A stretch of DNA of 64,000 bases from Pseudomonadota bacterium (GCA_051751685.1 JBNJLE010000011.1:42788-106787), one strand, 5' to 3'; shown: positions 1-9,837, numbered from the stretch's first letter. The notes: generated by a model from the letters alone, not told the origin. Numbers and translations: made by a program.

Positions 1-12
1 GTCGTAGGGGTG

Positions 13-2823
13 TTACTGGCAGGCCTCGCAGCCCAGCTCGTCGATATCCGAGGCACTCGGTGTCTGCCCCGGTGCGGCATGGCTTACCGCGTTGAGGCTG
101 CCACGCGCCACGGTGGACTTCTCCACCGAGGTGGCGCTAAGGGCGCGCAGGTAATAGGTGGTCTTGAGGCCGCGCAGCCACGCCATGCGGTAGGTCACGT
201 CGAGCTTCTTGCCGGAGACCCCCTGGATGTAGAGATTCAGCGACTGGGCCTGATCGAGCCACTTCTGGCGACGTGCGGCGGCTTCCACCAGCCACTTCGG
301 CGCCACCTCGAAGGCGGTGGCGTACTTGGCCTTGAGGTCGGCGGGTACGCGCTCGATGGGCTGCACCGAGCCGTCGAAGAACTTGAGGTCGTTGATCATC
401 ACCTCGTCCCACAGATCGCGGCTCTTGAGGTCGTTGACCAGCCAGGCGTTGACCACGGTGAACTCGCCGGAGAGGTTCGATTTCACGAAGAGGTTCTGGT
501 AGGTGGGTTCGATGGACTGGGTGACGCCACAGATGTTGGAGATGGTCGCCGTGGGGGCGATGGCCATCACGTTGGAGTTGCGCATACCCTGGCCGGCGAC
601 CTTGTCGCGCAGTTGGTCCCACGCCTGGGTGGCGGAGGTGTCCACCTCCAGATACATCTGGCCACGCTCGACCCTGAGTCTCTCGAGGGAGTCGATGGGC
701 AGTATGCCTTGACTCCACAGCGAGCCCTCGAAGCTTTCGTAGCGGCCGCGTTCGGCGGCCAGGTCGCTGGAGGCCTCGATGGCATGGTAGCTGACCAGCT
801 CCATGGAGCGGTCGGCAAACGCCACGGCAGCATCGGAGGCGTAGGCGATGTCCTGGGCGTAGAGGGCATCCTGGAAGCCCATGATGCCGAGCCCCACCGG
901 GCGATGCCTTGAGTTGGAGCGCTTGGCCTGGGGCACCGCGTAATAGTTGATGTCGATGACGTTGTCGAGCATGCGTATCGCGGTGCGCACGGTGCGCCTC
1001 AGCTTCTCGCCATCGAAGACGCCATCCACCACGTGCTGGGCCAGGTTGATCGAGCCGAGATTGCACACCGCGATCTCATCGGCCGAGGTATTGAGGGTGA
1101 TCTCGGTGCACAGGTTGGAAGAGTGCACCACGCCGGCGTGCTGCTGAGGGCTTCTCAGGTTGCAGGGGTCCTTGAAGGTGATCCAGGGATGGCCGGTCTC
1201 GAACAGCATGGAGAGCATCCGGCGCCACAGGTCCTTGGCGCGCACGCGCTTGAACAGCGGCAGTTCGCCTGAACGGGTCATCGCCTCGTACTCCCCATAG
1301 CGCTGCTCGAAGGCGGCGCCGTAGAGGTCGTGGAGATCCGGGCAGGAAGAGGGTGAGAAAAGCGTCCATTCACCATCTTCGAAGACCCGCTTCATGAAGA
1401 GGTCCGGCACCCAGTTGGCGGTGTTCATGTCGTGGGTGCGGCGGCGGTCATCACCGGTGTTCTTGCGCAGCTCGAGGAATTCCTCGATGTCCAGGTGCCA
1501 GCTCTCCAGGTAGGCGCACACCGCCCCCTTTCGCTTGCCGCCCTGGTTCACCGCTACCGCGGTGTCGTTGACCACCTTGAGGAATGGCACCACGCCCTGG
1601 CTCCTGCCGTTGGTGCCCTTGATCCAGGCCCCCAGGGCGCGCACCGGGGTCCAGTCGTTGCCCAGCCCCCCGGCCCACTTGGAGAGCAGGGCGTTGTCGC
1701 GAATGGCGCTGAAGATGCCGTCCAGTTCGTCGGGCACGGTGGTCAGATAGCAGGATGAGAGCTGACTGCGCAGGGTGCCCGCGTTGAAGAGGGTCGGGGT
1801 GGAAGCCATGTAGTCGAAGCGGGAGAGCAGCTCGTAGAACTCGATGGCCCGCCCCTCGCGGTCCTCTTCGTTGAGCGCCAGGCCCATGGCCACGCGCATG
1901 AACATCACCTGGGGCAGTTCGTAGCGCACCTCATCCCGGTGCAGGAAGTAGCGGTCGTAGAGGGTCTGCAGGCCCAGGTAGGTGAAGGCGTTGTCGCGGG
2001 TGTGGTCCAGGGCCCCGCCGAGGCGTGCCAGGTCGAACTCGGCCAGGCGCGGGTCGAGCTGCTCGAAGTCGATGCCGCGGGCCACGTAGGCGGCGAAGGC
2101 CGGCCGGTAGAGCTCGGCCATCTCCTGGTAGGTCGCCTCTTCGGCGATGTCCAGAAAATCAAGCGCCTCGCGGCGCAGGTTGTCCTGCAGCAGGCGCGCG
2201 GTGACGTAAGTGTAGTCGGGCTCCTTCTCCACCAGGGTGCGGGCGGTCATCATCAGCGCCTGGGAGACACCGTCGACGCTGACGCCGTCGTAGAGGGTCT
2301 TCAGCGACTCCTCGACGATGCGGCCGGGCTCGACGTTGCCTAGCCCCGCGCAGGCGTCCTGCACGAGGGTCTCGACGCGGCCCAGATCCAGCGGGCGGAG
2401 GGTGCCATCGGCCAGGGTGACGTTGAGGGTGGGGTGGGGCCTGGCAATATCCCCAGCCGCGTCTCGGGCCTTGGCGTGTGCTTCCCGGTAGAGCACATAG
2501 GCGCGAGCGACTTTCTGCTCACCGGCACGCATCAGGGCCAGTTCCACCTGGTCCTGTATATCCTCGATGTGCAGGGTTCCACCATCGGGGAGGCGGCGGA
2601 GGAAGGTCTGTTCGATGGCGGCGGCGGCATGCTGCACGACGTCGCGGACTCGGGAGGAGGCGTCAGCCTTATCACCCTCCACGGCAATGAACGCCTTGCG
2701 CATGGCCACGGCGATCTTGTCGGCATCGAAGGCCACCGCGTCGCCGGTGCGCTTGATGACGCGCAGGCGCTGCGGGGCGGTGGTAGTGACGGATGATGTA
2801 TCCGCAGGGGTAGGGGATGGCAT
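13..2823 (-). CDS. nrdA: Ribonucleoside-diphosphate reductase class Ia, alpha subunit
   Basis: ORF 13..3207. N-terminal ATP-cone (VIKRTGDAVAFDADKIAVAMRKAF), core motifs SSNLCTEI and IAPTATISNI, C-terminal CxxC tail (ELGCEACQ). Start trimmed to ATG at 2823 (MPSPTPADT...) because the upstream 128 codons look non-coding. Confidence 0.93.
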   Translation of the reverse strand: MPSPTPADTSSVTTTAPQRLRVIKRTGDAVAFDADKIAVAMRKAFIAVEGDKADASSRVRDVVQHAAAAIEQTFLRRLPDGGTLHIEDIQDQVELALMRAGEQKVARAYVLYREAHAKARDAAGDIARPHPTLNVTLADGTLRPLDLGRVETLVQDACAGLGNVEPGRIVEESLKTLYDGVSVDGVSQALMMTARTLVEKEPDYTYVTARLLQDNLRREALDFLDIAEEATYQEMAELYRPAFAAYVARGIDFEQLDPRLAEFDLARLGGALDHTRDNAFTYLGLQTLYDRYFLHRDEVRYELPQVMFMRVAMGLALNEEDREGRAIEFYELLSRFDYMASTPTLFNAGTLRSQLSSCYLTTVPDELDGIFSAIRDNALLSKWAGGLGNDWTPVRALGAWIKGTNGRSQGVVPFLKVVNDTAVAVNQGGKRKGAVCAYLESWHLDIEEFLELRKNTGDDRRRTHDMNTANWVPDLFMKRVFEDGEWTLFSPSSCPDLHDLYGAAFEQRYGEYEAMTRSGELPLFKRVRAKDLWRRMLSMLFETGHPWITFKDPCNLRSPQQHAGVVHSSNLCTEITLNTSADEIAVCNLGSINLAQHVVDGVFDGEKLRRTVRTAIRMLDNVIDINYYAVPQAKRSNSRHRPVGLGIMGFQDALYAQDIAYASDAAVAFADRSMELVSYHAIEASSDLAAERGRYESFEGSLWSQGILPIDSLERLRVERGQMYLEVDTSATQAWDQLRDKVAGQGMRNSNVMAIAPTATISNICGVTQSIEPTYQNLFVKSNLSGEFTVVNAWLVNDLKSRDLWDEVMINDLKFFDGSVQPIERVPADLKAKYATAFEVAPKWLVEAAARRQKWLDQAQSLNLYIQGVSGKKLDVTYRMAWLRGLKTTYYLRALSATSVEKSTVARGSLNAVSHAAPGQTPSASDIDELGCEACQ

Positions 2824-2911
2824 GTCGACAATGTCCCTGTCTGATGGTCGAGAAGAAGCGGTATGCGCCCTTGGAAAGCGCCTGTGATATACAGGATGAC
2901 GAAAGGCGTCT

Positions 2912-2927
2912 ATACAGGATGTAGTGG
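2912..2927 (-). promoter_or_regulatory. Candidate NrdR box (weaker, promoter-proximal)
   Basis: atacaggatgtagtgg matches the 16-bp NrdR palindrome acaCwAtATaTwGtgt at 11/16 by hand. Its centre lies 32 bp from the stronger box, the usual tandem spacing. Confidence 0.35.
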
Positions 2928-2943
2928 GTATGGCCGCCTGCGA

Positions 2944-2959
2944 ACACAAGATAGTGTGT
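2944..2959 (-). promoter_or_regulatory. Candidate NrdR box (strong)
   Basis: acacaagatagtgtgt matches the NrdR consensus at 14/16 by hand. It lies 121-136 nt upstream of the nrdA ATG. Confidence 0.5.
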
Positions 2960-3160
2960 GTTTGAGAAGGCTTCAAGGGGATAACCCTGTGGATGGACTG
3001 TGATCGCTTTAAGGAACCGCTGTCTCTGTAGCGCGTTGTCGTCGTCGTTGTAGAGCGACAGGCAGGCGCGCCGGTAGATTTCGGGTATCCTTTAATCAAT
3101 GGCGGAACGGCCCCTGGCCCCGCTTTTCCGATCACCGGCCTGTCAGGATGGAACTTGAGG

Positions 3161-3874
3161 ATGGACGAGAGTTTGGACCCCCGGGAGCAGGACCATGTGC
3201 TGATCATCGAGGATGATGAGCGCCTGGCCGAACTGACCCGCGACTACCTGCAGGCGAATGGCTTTCGCGTCACCCTGGAGGCCGATGGCGGCCGCGGTGT
3301 GGAGCGGATCCTGGCGCTGCAGCCGGACCTGGTGATACTCGACCTTATGCTGCCCGGCGAGGACGGCCTGTCGATCTGTCGGCGTGTCCGCAGTGACTAC
3401 CCGGGCCCGATCCTGATGCTCACCGCACGCACCGACGATATGGATCAAGTGCTGGGCTTGGAGATGGGCGCCGACGACTACGTCCCCAAGCCGGTGCAGC
3501 CCCGGGTTCTGCTGGCGCGCATGCGGGCACTGCTGCGTCGTGCCGAGAGCCCCGAGAGCTTGGCGGAACCGCGACTCACCTTCGGCAACCTGGAGATCGA
3601 CAGCGCCACCCGTGAGGCGTGGCTGGAAGGCGAGCGCATCGATCTCACCAGCGCCGAGTTCGATCTACTGTGGCTGTTGGCCAGCAACGCCGGCCGGGTG
3701 CTGACCCGCGAGGAGATCTTCTCCCAACTACGCGGTATCAAGTACGACGGACAGGATCGCTCCATTGATGTGCGGGTGTCGCGCATCCGTCCCAAGATCG
3801 GCGATGACCCCAACCAGCCTCACCAGATCAAGACGGTGCGCAGCAAGGGCTACCTCTTCGTCAAGGAGAGCTGA
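3161..3874 (+). CDS. OmpR-family two-component response regulator (RstA-like)
   Basis: Receiver domain (VLIIEDDERL..., DLVILDLMLPGEDG, KPV) plus winged-helix C-terminus (IKTVRSKGYLF). Start is uncertain: TTG 3155, ATG 3161 or GTG 3197. Confidence 0.85.
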   Translation: MDESLDPREQDHVLIIEDDERLAELTRDYLQANGFRVTLEADGGRGVERILALQPDLVILDLMLPGEDGLSICRRVRSDYPGPILMLTARTDDMDQVLGLEMGADDYVPKPVQPRVLLARMRALLRRAESPESLAEPRLTFGNLEIDSATREAWLEGERIDLTSAEFDLLWLLASNAGRVLTREEIFSQLRGIKYDGQDRSIDVRVSRIRPKIGDDPNQPHQIKTVRSKGYLFVKES

Positions 3875-3877
3875 ATC

Positions 3878-5512
3878 ATGCGGCGGGTCCTGGGCGACAG
3901 CACTTTCCTGCGCGTCTATATGCTGCTGGCGCTGGCCCTGCTGTTGACCTTCGGCCTCGCCCTGGTGGGCGTAGCGATGGTCGACCAGGTGCGCCGCGAG
4001 CACCACCGCGAGCAGCTCGCCGAGGTGCCCATGCGCCTTCTCGCCCAGCGCCTTGAGGCCATGCCGGTCGATTCCCATGCCGACTGGCTCGAAGCTCAGG
4101 CCCGCCGTCTCGACTTGACCCCCTCCGTGCTACCCGTACAGTTCACTTCCCTAGGCTACTTCACCCGCCTGCGTCTGGAACGCGGCAAGGTGCTGGTGCA
4201 GGAGCGCGATGGGCGCGGTTGGCGCTTGCAAAAGTTGCTGCCTGGCGGTGATCGCCTGCTGCAGGTGGATCTTGCCAGCCTCAGCGAGCAGCAGTTGCGC
4301 GGACTCACCGAGCTGTTTGGGGAGTGGCTCATCGAGACGCCACCTGCCGAGCGCCGTGCCAGGTTATCGCGGGTGGCGGCGGGCAGCATCCTGGTCGACC
4401 TCGACGACGCCCCGCCGTCTGGACTGGACGCCTATCAGCTCGGCCGACTGGCCGACGGCGAGGTAGTGATCCGCTTGTTTCCCGGACGCTGGGCCATGGC
4501 CATGTACCTGTCGCTTCCCGGCGGCGGCGAGGCCAGCTGGCTGACCATCGGGCCGGTGGAGGCCTTCGAGCCGGTGCCGGGTTCGCTGCAGCTGCTGGTG
4601 GTGCTTATCCTGCTGGCGGTGCTCGGGGCGACCATCTACCTGATCGTGCGCGGGGTCGAGGCGCGTATGGCAAGGCTGGAGCTGGCGGCCTCGCGCATCG
4701 CCGCCGGTCGGCTCGATACCCGGGTCAAGGTGGAGAGTGGCGATTTCCTCGGCCGGCTGGGCATGGCCTTCAACGGCATGGCCGCCCAGGTGCAGGCGCT
4801 GCTGCGCGCCCAGCAGGACATGATCCGCGCAGTTTCCCACGAGCTGCGCACGCCGGTGGCACGCATCCGCTTCGCCGTGCAGATGGTCGATGACATGACC
4901 GACGACCCGTCGATCCGTCGTCAGCTGCAGGGCATCGACGGAGACATCGAGGAGCTGGATGGCCTGGTCGACGAGATCCTCACCTATGCTCGCCTGGGCA
5001 GCGACGCGGTCAACGGTCGCGAAATGCAGGCCAGCCTGGTGGAGTGTCGGGCCATGGTGGAGCGGGTCATCGCCGCGCTGGCGCCGCTGCACCGGCACCT
5101 GGCTATCGAGATCGAGGAGGGTCCCGAGGTGGAGGCACTGGTCGAAGCGCGCTACCTGCAGCGGGCAGTGCAGAACCTGGTGGCCAATGCCTGCCGCCAT
5201 GCCCACAGCCGGGTAAAGGTCCGCGTGGAATCCGAACCCCGACTGGTGCGCATCGACGTGGAAGACGATGGCCCCGGGGTGCCGGCCGGCGAGCGGCAGG
5301 CGATTTTCAAACCCTTTGCGCGGCTGGACGACAGCCGAACCCGAAGCTCCGGCGGCTACGGCCTGGGGCTGTCCATCGTGCAGAAGGTGATGATCTGGCA
5401 CGGTGGCAGCGTGGCGGTGGACGACAGCCCCGAGCTTGGTGGTGCGCGCTTCACCCTGCTACTGCCCCAGCGCCCAGGCAGCAGTTCAGGAGAGAGGCTT
5501 ACGCCGGCTTGA
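3878..5512 (+). CDS. Sensor histidine kinase (HAMP-HisKA-HATPase), partner of the upstream regulator
   Basis: ATG 3878 follows SD aggagag. Two TM segments, H-box SHELRTPVARI, and G-boxes DDGPGVP and GGYGLGLSIV. Confidence 0.88.
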   Translation: MRRVLGDSTFLRVYMLLALALLLTFGLALVGVAMVDQVRREHHREQLAEVPMRLLAQRLEAMPVDSHADWLEAQARRLDLTPSVLPVQFTSLGYFTRLRLERGKVLVQERDGRGWRLQKLLPGGDRLLQVDLASLSEQQLRGLTELFGEWLIETPPAERRARLSRVAAGSILVDLDDAPPSGLDAYQLGRLADGEVVIRLFPGRWAMAMYLSLPGGGEASWLTIGPVEAFEPVPGSLQLLVVLILLAVLGATIYLIVRGVEARMARLELAASRIAAGRLDTRVKVESGDFLGRLGMAFNGMAAQVQALLRAQQDMIRAVSHELRTPVARIRFAVQMVDDMTDDPSIRRQLQGIDGDIEELDGLVDEILTYARLGSDAVNGREMQASLVECRAMVERVIAALAPLHRHLAIEIEEGPEVEALVEARYLQRAVQNLVANACRHAHSRVKVRVESEPRLVRIDVEDDGPGVPAGERQAIFKPFARLDDSRTRSSGGYGLGLSIVQKVMIWHGGSVAVDDSPELGGARFTLLLPQRPGSSSGERLTPA

Positions 5513-6413
5513 TCCCCTCCAGCACCGCGAAGGAGGTCTCCCGGGCGGTGCGCAGGAAGTCTTCCATCCAGGGGGCTTGGCGGGTCTCGTCGCGGACCGC
5601 GGCAAACAGTGTGCTCCACACGCCCTTCTCCCCCAGCGCCACAGCCTTCACATAGTCGCGCTCAAGATATTCGGTCAGGGCCCAGTTGGGCAGCGCGCAG
5701 ACTCCGCGGCCGCTGGCTACCAGCTGCATCATCATGATGGTCAACTCGGCGGTGCGAAGTTCCTTCGGACGGACCCCGGCAGGGTCCAGAAACTGAGTGA
5801 AGACATCCAGCCGCGAGTGCTCCACCGGGTAGGTGATCAGTATCTCCTCGGCTAGCGCCTCGGGGGTCACGAATGCCTTTCCGGCAAGGCGATGCTGACG
5901 GGCCACTGCCAGCAGGCCCTCGTAGCGGAACAGCGGCTCGTAGTGAATGCCGGCCAGTGGCTGGGGGTCGGCGGTAATCACCAGGTCAAGTTGCTCCCGG
6001 GCCAGAGCCGGGAGCGGATCGAAATGGTGGCCGCCGGGGATGTCGATCTCCACCTCCGGCCAGTGGTCGCGGAAGTGGTCGACAGTGGGCATCAACCACT
6101 GGAAGCAGCTGTGGCACTCGATCGCCATGTGCAGCCGCCCCTGTTCATTGCCGGCCAGCCGCGCCAGGTCACGCTCGGCCATGCGCACCAGCGGCAACAC
6201 CTGCTCGGCCAGGGTCAGCAACCGCTCGCCGGCGCGAGTGAACTCCACCGGACGGGTCTTGCGCACAAACAACGGGTTGTCGAGTCGCTCCTCGAGGTCC
6301 TTGATCTGATGGGAGAGGGCAGATTGGGTCAGGTGGACCCGCTCGGCCGCCTCGACGAGGGAGCCCGCGTCGCGCAGTGCGACCAGGGTTCTGAGGTGTC
6401 GCAGTTCAAGCAT
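5499..6413 (-). CDS. metR: LysR-family transcriptional regulator, MetR-like
   Basis: N-terminus MLELRHLRTLVALRDAGSLVEAAERVHLTQSALSHQIKDLE resembles MetR. Start trimmed to ATG at 6413. The 3' end overlaps the convergent kinase gene by 14 nt. Confidence 0.7.
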   Translation of the reverse strand: MLELRHLRTLVALRDAGSLVEAAERVHLTQSALSHQIKDLEERLDNPLFVRKTRPVEFTRAGERLLTLAEQVLPLVRMAERDLARLAGNEQGRLHMAIECHSCFQWLMPTVDHFRDHWPEVEIDIPGGHHFDPLPALAREQLDLVITADPQPLAGIHYEPLFRYEGLLAVARQHRLAGKAFVTPEALAEEILITYPVEHSRLDVFTQFLDPAGVRPKELRTAELTIMMMQLVASGRGVCALPNWALTEYLERDYVKAVALGEKGVWSTLFAAVRDETRQAPWMEDFLRTARETSFAVLEGIKPA

Positions 6414-6419
6414 GCAGAG

Positions 6420-6432
6420 TGAGCCGGTTTCA
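6420..6432. promoter_or_regulatory. Candidate MetR box
   Basis: tgagccggtttca versus TGAANNWNNTTCA gives 11/13 by hand. It sits immediately upstream of the metR start, consistent with autoregulation. Confidence 0.3.
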
Positions 6433-6634
6433 TTTTTAAGATTTTTAAGTTTAGTTTGATTCACTCGCAATGACCACCCAGACATCTTGGTTCATTTATC
6501 TTTTCAGCAGTTAACGAGGCGCCTTTCCCGCATTGTCGGCTATCCGTGCCTTGGTGCCGAGCGCGAACTGCCCCCCGGCTCCGTCGGCTGCTATGATCGG
6601 TGAAACAAGGAAACGCGCCCCGCCAGGAGATGCC

Positions 6635-7336
6635 ATGCCCCGCCTTCTCGTTCCCGCTGCTCTCGGCCTTACCCTGCTGCTTGGTGGCTGTGCTGTCGCC
6701 ACTCCGCCGTCGTCGATCACCTCGGGTACCCATGCACCGCTGCTGCCTTCGACGCTCTTTGCTGGCGGCGCGGAGTCCTTTACCTCCTGGCGGTGTCATC
6801 CGAACCAGGCGCTGGTCACGGCCGCGCCAGAGGGTGAACTTCGCCTCTGGTCGGCCCACGGTGCGTGGCGGCTTCAGCCTGCCGTGGTGGCCAGCGGCGA
6901 TCGCTATGAGGGGGAGCAGGTCAGCTTCTGGAACGAGGGGACGGATGCCATCGTGGAGACATCCCGGGGTCGCCTGGAGTGTCAGGCCTACATGCAACGC
7001 CAGGCGTTCACCCGCCAGCAGCGCCCCGGCGTGATGTTTCTGGGACGTGGCAACGAGCCGGGCTGGATGGCGAGCCTCGCCCATGATCGACCCCAACTGA
7101 CCCTGAGCCTTGACTACGGTACCCGGGAGCAGACCCTGCCCTATCGGGTCACCGCCCTTGACAACGAGGCGGGCCGCGTGGTTCTGGCCAGCGGCCGCGG
7201 CGATACGCCTTTCGAGCTGCGTATCCAGGCCGGCGCCTGCCTGGATGACATGAGCGGTGAACCCTTCCCCGCCCGTGTCACTCTGACGGTGGATGGTGAA
7301 CAGTATCGGGGATGTGGCCAGGGGATTGCCCCGTAA
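6635..7336 (+). CDS. Lipoprotein with MliC-like N-terminal domain and COG3650-like C-terminal domain
   Basis: SD aggaga then ATG 6635. Lipobox LLLGGC. The pattern SGDRYEGEQVSFWNEGTDAIVETSRGRLEC resembles the MliC fold, and the C-terminal GNEPGW...CLDDMSG...GCG pattern resembles COG3650. Confidence 0.55.
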   Translation: MPRLLVPAALGLTLLLGGCAVATPPSSITSGTHAPLLPSTLFAGGAESFTSWRCHPNQALVTAAPEGELRLWSAHGAWRLQPAVVASGDRYEGEQVSFWNEGTDAIVETSRGRLECQAYMQRQAFTRQQRPGVMFLGRGNEPGWMASLAHDRPQLTLSLDYGTREQTLPYRVTALDNEAGRVVLASGRGDTPFELRIQAGACLDDMSGEPFPARVTLTVDGEQYRGCGQGIAP

Positions 7337-7447
7337 AGAACTATTTTCGTTTTTATCGAATGTAAGGTGCGGACTTTTGCGCTTTTTATGGCAAAAAATC
7401 CAACTAACATGGCGCTTACTATCCTGATGATTTTCAAGGAGGTCGCC

Positions 7448-8056
7448 ATGACCACCCGCACCCTCGTGATCACTTCTTCCATTCTCGGTGAGAACGGCCA
7501 GTCCAAGGCGCTGGCCGAGCATTTCATCGACCAGTTGCGGGGTCGCGATGACTTCGAGGTGACCCATCGGGACCTGGTGGCTGACGAACTTCCCCATCTT
7601 GGCCTGGCGGAGTTGGGCAGCTGGCAGGTAACGGAGGAGGAGCGCAACGCCGAGCAGCGAGAGCTTGCCGCCCGCTCCGAGACGCTGATTGACGAACTGC
7701 GGGCCCATGATCTGGTGGTGCTGGCAGTGCCAATGTACAACTTCGGTATTCCCAGTCAGCTCAAGGCCTGGTTCGATCGGGTGATGCGCGCCGGAGTGAC
7801 CTTCCGCTACACGGAGAATGGCCCCGAGGGCCTGCTGGAGGGCAAGCGTGCGGTGATCCTGGCGGCCCGCGGCGGCCAGTACGCTGGCACCGAGAAGGAC
7901 GCCCAGACGCCACATCTCAAGCTGATGCTTGGCATGATCGGCATCGGTGACGTGGATGCCATCTTTGCCGAGGGGCTTGCCATGGGTGAGGGCAAGCGAG
8001 ACGCCTCACTCAAGGAAGCCCGTCAGGCCATCGATGGCCTGGTACAGCGTCTTTAA
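7448..8056 (+). CDS. azoR: FMN-dependent NADH-azoreductase
   Basis: SD aaggagg then ATG 7448. MTTRTLVITSSILGENGQS... and PMYNFGIPSQLKAWFDRV are typical of AzoR, and the length is about 200 aa. Confidence 0.85.
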   Translation: MTTRTLVITSSILGENGQSKALAEHFIDQLRGRDDFEVTHRDLVADELPHLGLAELGSWQVTEEERNAEQRELAARSETLIDELRAHDLVVLAVPMYNFGIPSQLKAWFDRVMRAGVTFRYTENGPEGLLEGKRAVILAARGGQYAGTEKDAQTPHLKLMLGMIGIGDVDAIFAEGLAMGEGKRDASLKEARQAIDGLVQRL

Positions 8057-8076
8057 GTAACACCATTCGATGCAGC

Positions 8077-8098
8077 GGGGCAGCCTAAGGGCTGCCCC
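8077..8098. terminator. Bidirectional GC-rich hairpin between convergent azoR and the hydrolase gene
   Basis: ggggcagcc-taag-ggctgcccc forms a 9-bp stem with a 4-nt loop. Confidence 0.6.
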
Positions 8099-8125
8099 TC
8101 GACGTTGCTGAGATCGGCTTCCGGA

Positions 8126-9193
8126 TCAGCAGGGCCCGGACGTATCGAGCAGCCAGACGCTGGCGACGAAATCGCTGGTGCAAAGCACAGGCTCGGGGGC
8201 CATGACGCGTCCAGCCAGCCGTGACAGTGCCTCACGGGTGCCTCGGGAGGGGGCGGCAAGCTGCTCAGAGACGACCACTTCCTGCCAGCTGTCGCCCTCG
8301 CGGATGGCCAGGGTGAAGGCGAAGGGATAAAAGCCGGGAAAGCCCAGCCGCAGGTCGGTAGCTACCAGAGTCTCCTGCCCGTCGATTTCGCGCGTTTCGT
8401 AGCGCAGAAATGGACCGGCGAACCAGTCCAGCCGCTGGCCGCGCTCACTCGCCAGGGCCGCCGCCTCCAGCTCGGCGCCGCGGCGGTAGGTCTCCACCAG
8501 GGGCGGGATGCCGCCGTCGAGCACGCCCACCAGCAGCTCATGGTGTTCGTCATCGTTTACCACCGTGACCCGCCAAAGCAGGGTGTTGAAGGGGGTGGGC
8601 TGGACCAGGCGCGGAGCCTCCTGCAGGCCCCGTTCGGCCAGTATCGGCTCGATGCGATGCGCTACCAGCTGCTTGGCGCCTAAGGCGAACATCAAGTAGG
8701 CGCTGGCGAGCGCCAGCCCCCAGGCCGGGCCGCGTCGGCCATTGCCGGTAACCAGCGCTGTGCCGATGCCTACCAGCAGCGGCAAGGTATAGAGCGGATC
8801 GATGATGAAGACGATGGCGTAGGCGACGGGTGGTACGTCCAGAGGCCACCATAGCTGGGTGCCGTAGGTGGTCAGGGCATCGAGCAGCGGGTGGGTCAGC
8901 AGGCAGAGGCTGAAGAAGGCCCCCCAGCGCCCCAGGGAGATATCGCGTGCCGGGGCGAAGCGGACGCAGAGCAGCGTCAGTGCCGTGGCCAGCCCCGCCA
9001 GCACGAACAGCGAGTGGGAGAAGCCGCGGTGTTCGGTGACGTTGGCCACGGCGTCGCCGTAGTCGATGACTACGTCGAGGTCGGGGAGAGTGCCGAGGAC
9101 GGCGCCGATCAGCACCGCCTTGCGGCCCAGCCGACGGCCGAGCACGGCGCCACCTATGGCGGCTCCCAGAGTGGCCTGGGTAATCGAATCCAT
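8126..9193 (-). CDS. Membrane-bound metal-dependent hydrolase (YdjM/DUF457 family)
   Basis: MDSITQATLGAAIG...LPDLDVVIDYG...HRGFSHS is the N-terminal signature of the family, followed by several TM segments. Confidence 0.75.
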   Translation of the reverse strand: MDSITQATLGAAIGGAVLGRRLGRKAVLIGAVLGTLPDLDVVIDYGDAVANVTEHRGFSHSLFVLAGLATALTLLCVRFAPARDISLGRWGAFFSLCLLTHPLLDALTTYGTQLWWPLDVPPVAYAIVFIIDPLYTLPLLVGIGTALVTGNGRRGPAWGLALASAYLMFALGAKQLVAHRIEPILAERGLQEAPRLVQPTPFNTLLWRVTVVNDDEHHELLVGVLDGGIPPLVETYRRGAELEAAALASERGQRLDWFAGPFLRYETREIDGQETLVATDLRLGFPGFYPFAFTLAIREGDSWQEVVVSEQLAAPSRGTREALSRLAGRVMAPEPVLCTSDFVASVWLLDTSGPC

Positions 9194-9300
9194 CGGGAGG
9201 CGTTCCTCGCTGAGAGTGCTCGGCTATGATGCCACGGACGGGGGTGGGTTCCCTCTTACCTCAAAGCAAGTGCAATGACGATGAGCCCCGAGCGGTAACC

Positions 9301-9837
9301 TCAGGCATCAGCCCAGCGCGGCCCGGCCTTGAGGATGCGCGCCTGCACCGGGCAGTCGTCGCGGTGGGCGCCGGGCAGGTAGCCGGTGCTCATCAGGAAT
9401 TCGCCGGTGATCTCCGGCCCGGTGAAGCGGAAGGTGCGCTTGAAGAGCCGGACCCACGCCGCATGGGACAGCGGGTGGTGGTGGTCGAGCCAGGCGGCGA
9501 GGCCGCCGTGCTCGGCCTGCAGGGCCTGCAGCACCCGGGCATTGTGGATCACCGCGTCGACCTTGAGGCGATTGCGGATGATGCCGGCATCGGCCAGCAG
9601 GCGGGCCCGTTCGGCCTCGCCGTAGCCTGCCACCCGATCAATCACGAAGCCGTCGAAGGCCTCCCGGAAGGCGGCGCGTTTCTTCAGCACCGTCAGCCAG
9701 GAGAGCCCGGCCTGGTTGATCTCCAGCGCCAGGCGTTCGAACAGGGCCTTATCGTCGGCCACCGGGAAACCGTACTCGTGGTCGTGATAGGGTGCGTGAA
9801 ACGGATGGCCCGGGGCCAGGTCACAGTAGTGGCTCAT
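9301..9837 (-). CDS. tag: DNA-3-methyladenine glycosylase I
   Basis: YHDHEYGFP and EINQAGLSWLTVLKKR motifs; 178 aa. Confidence 0.88.
   Translation of the reverse strand: MSHYCDLAPGHPFHAPYHDHEYGFPVADDKALFERLALEINQAGLSWLTVLKKRAAFREAFDGFVIDRVAGYGEAERARLLADAGIIRNRLKVDAVIHNARVLQALQAEHGGLAAWLDHHHPLSHAAWVRLFKRTFRFTGPEITGEFLMSTGYLPGAHRDDCPVQARILKAGPRWADA

Noticed and set aside
2824-3207. N-terminal 128-codon extension of the nrdA ORF
   Set aside because: The sequence (..RSTTTTTTRYRDSG..) is not protein-like and covers the promoter and NrdR-box region. The conserved ATP-cone begins right after the ATG at 2823.
4364-5401. 345-aa ORF on the - strand
   Set aside because: It is antisense to the sensor kinase gene, whose H-, N- and G-boxes confirm the + strand frame.
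6461-7915. 484-aa ORF on the - strand
   Set aside because: It runs antisense across the lipoprotein gene, an intergenic region and azoR. It has no recognisable motifs and is a GC artefact.
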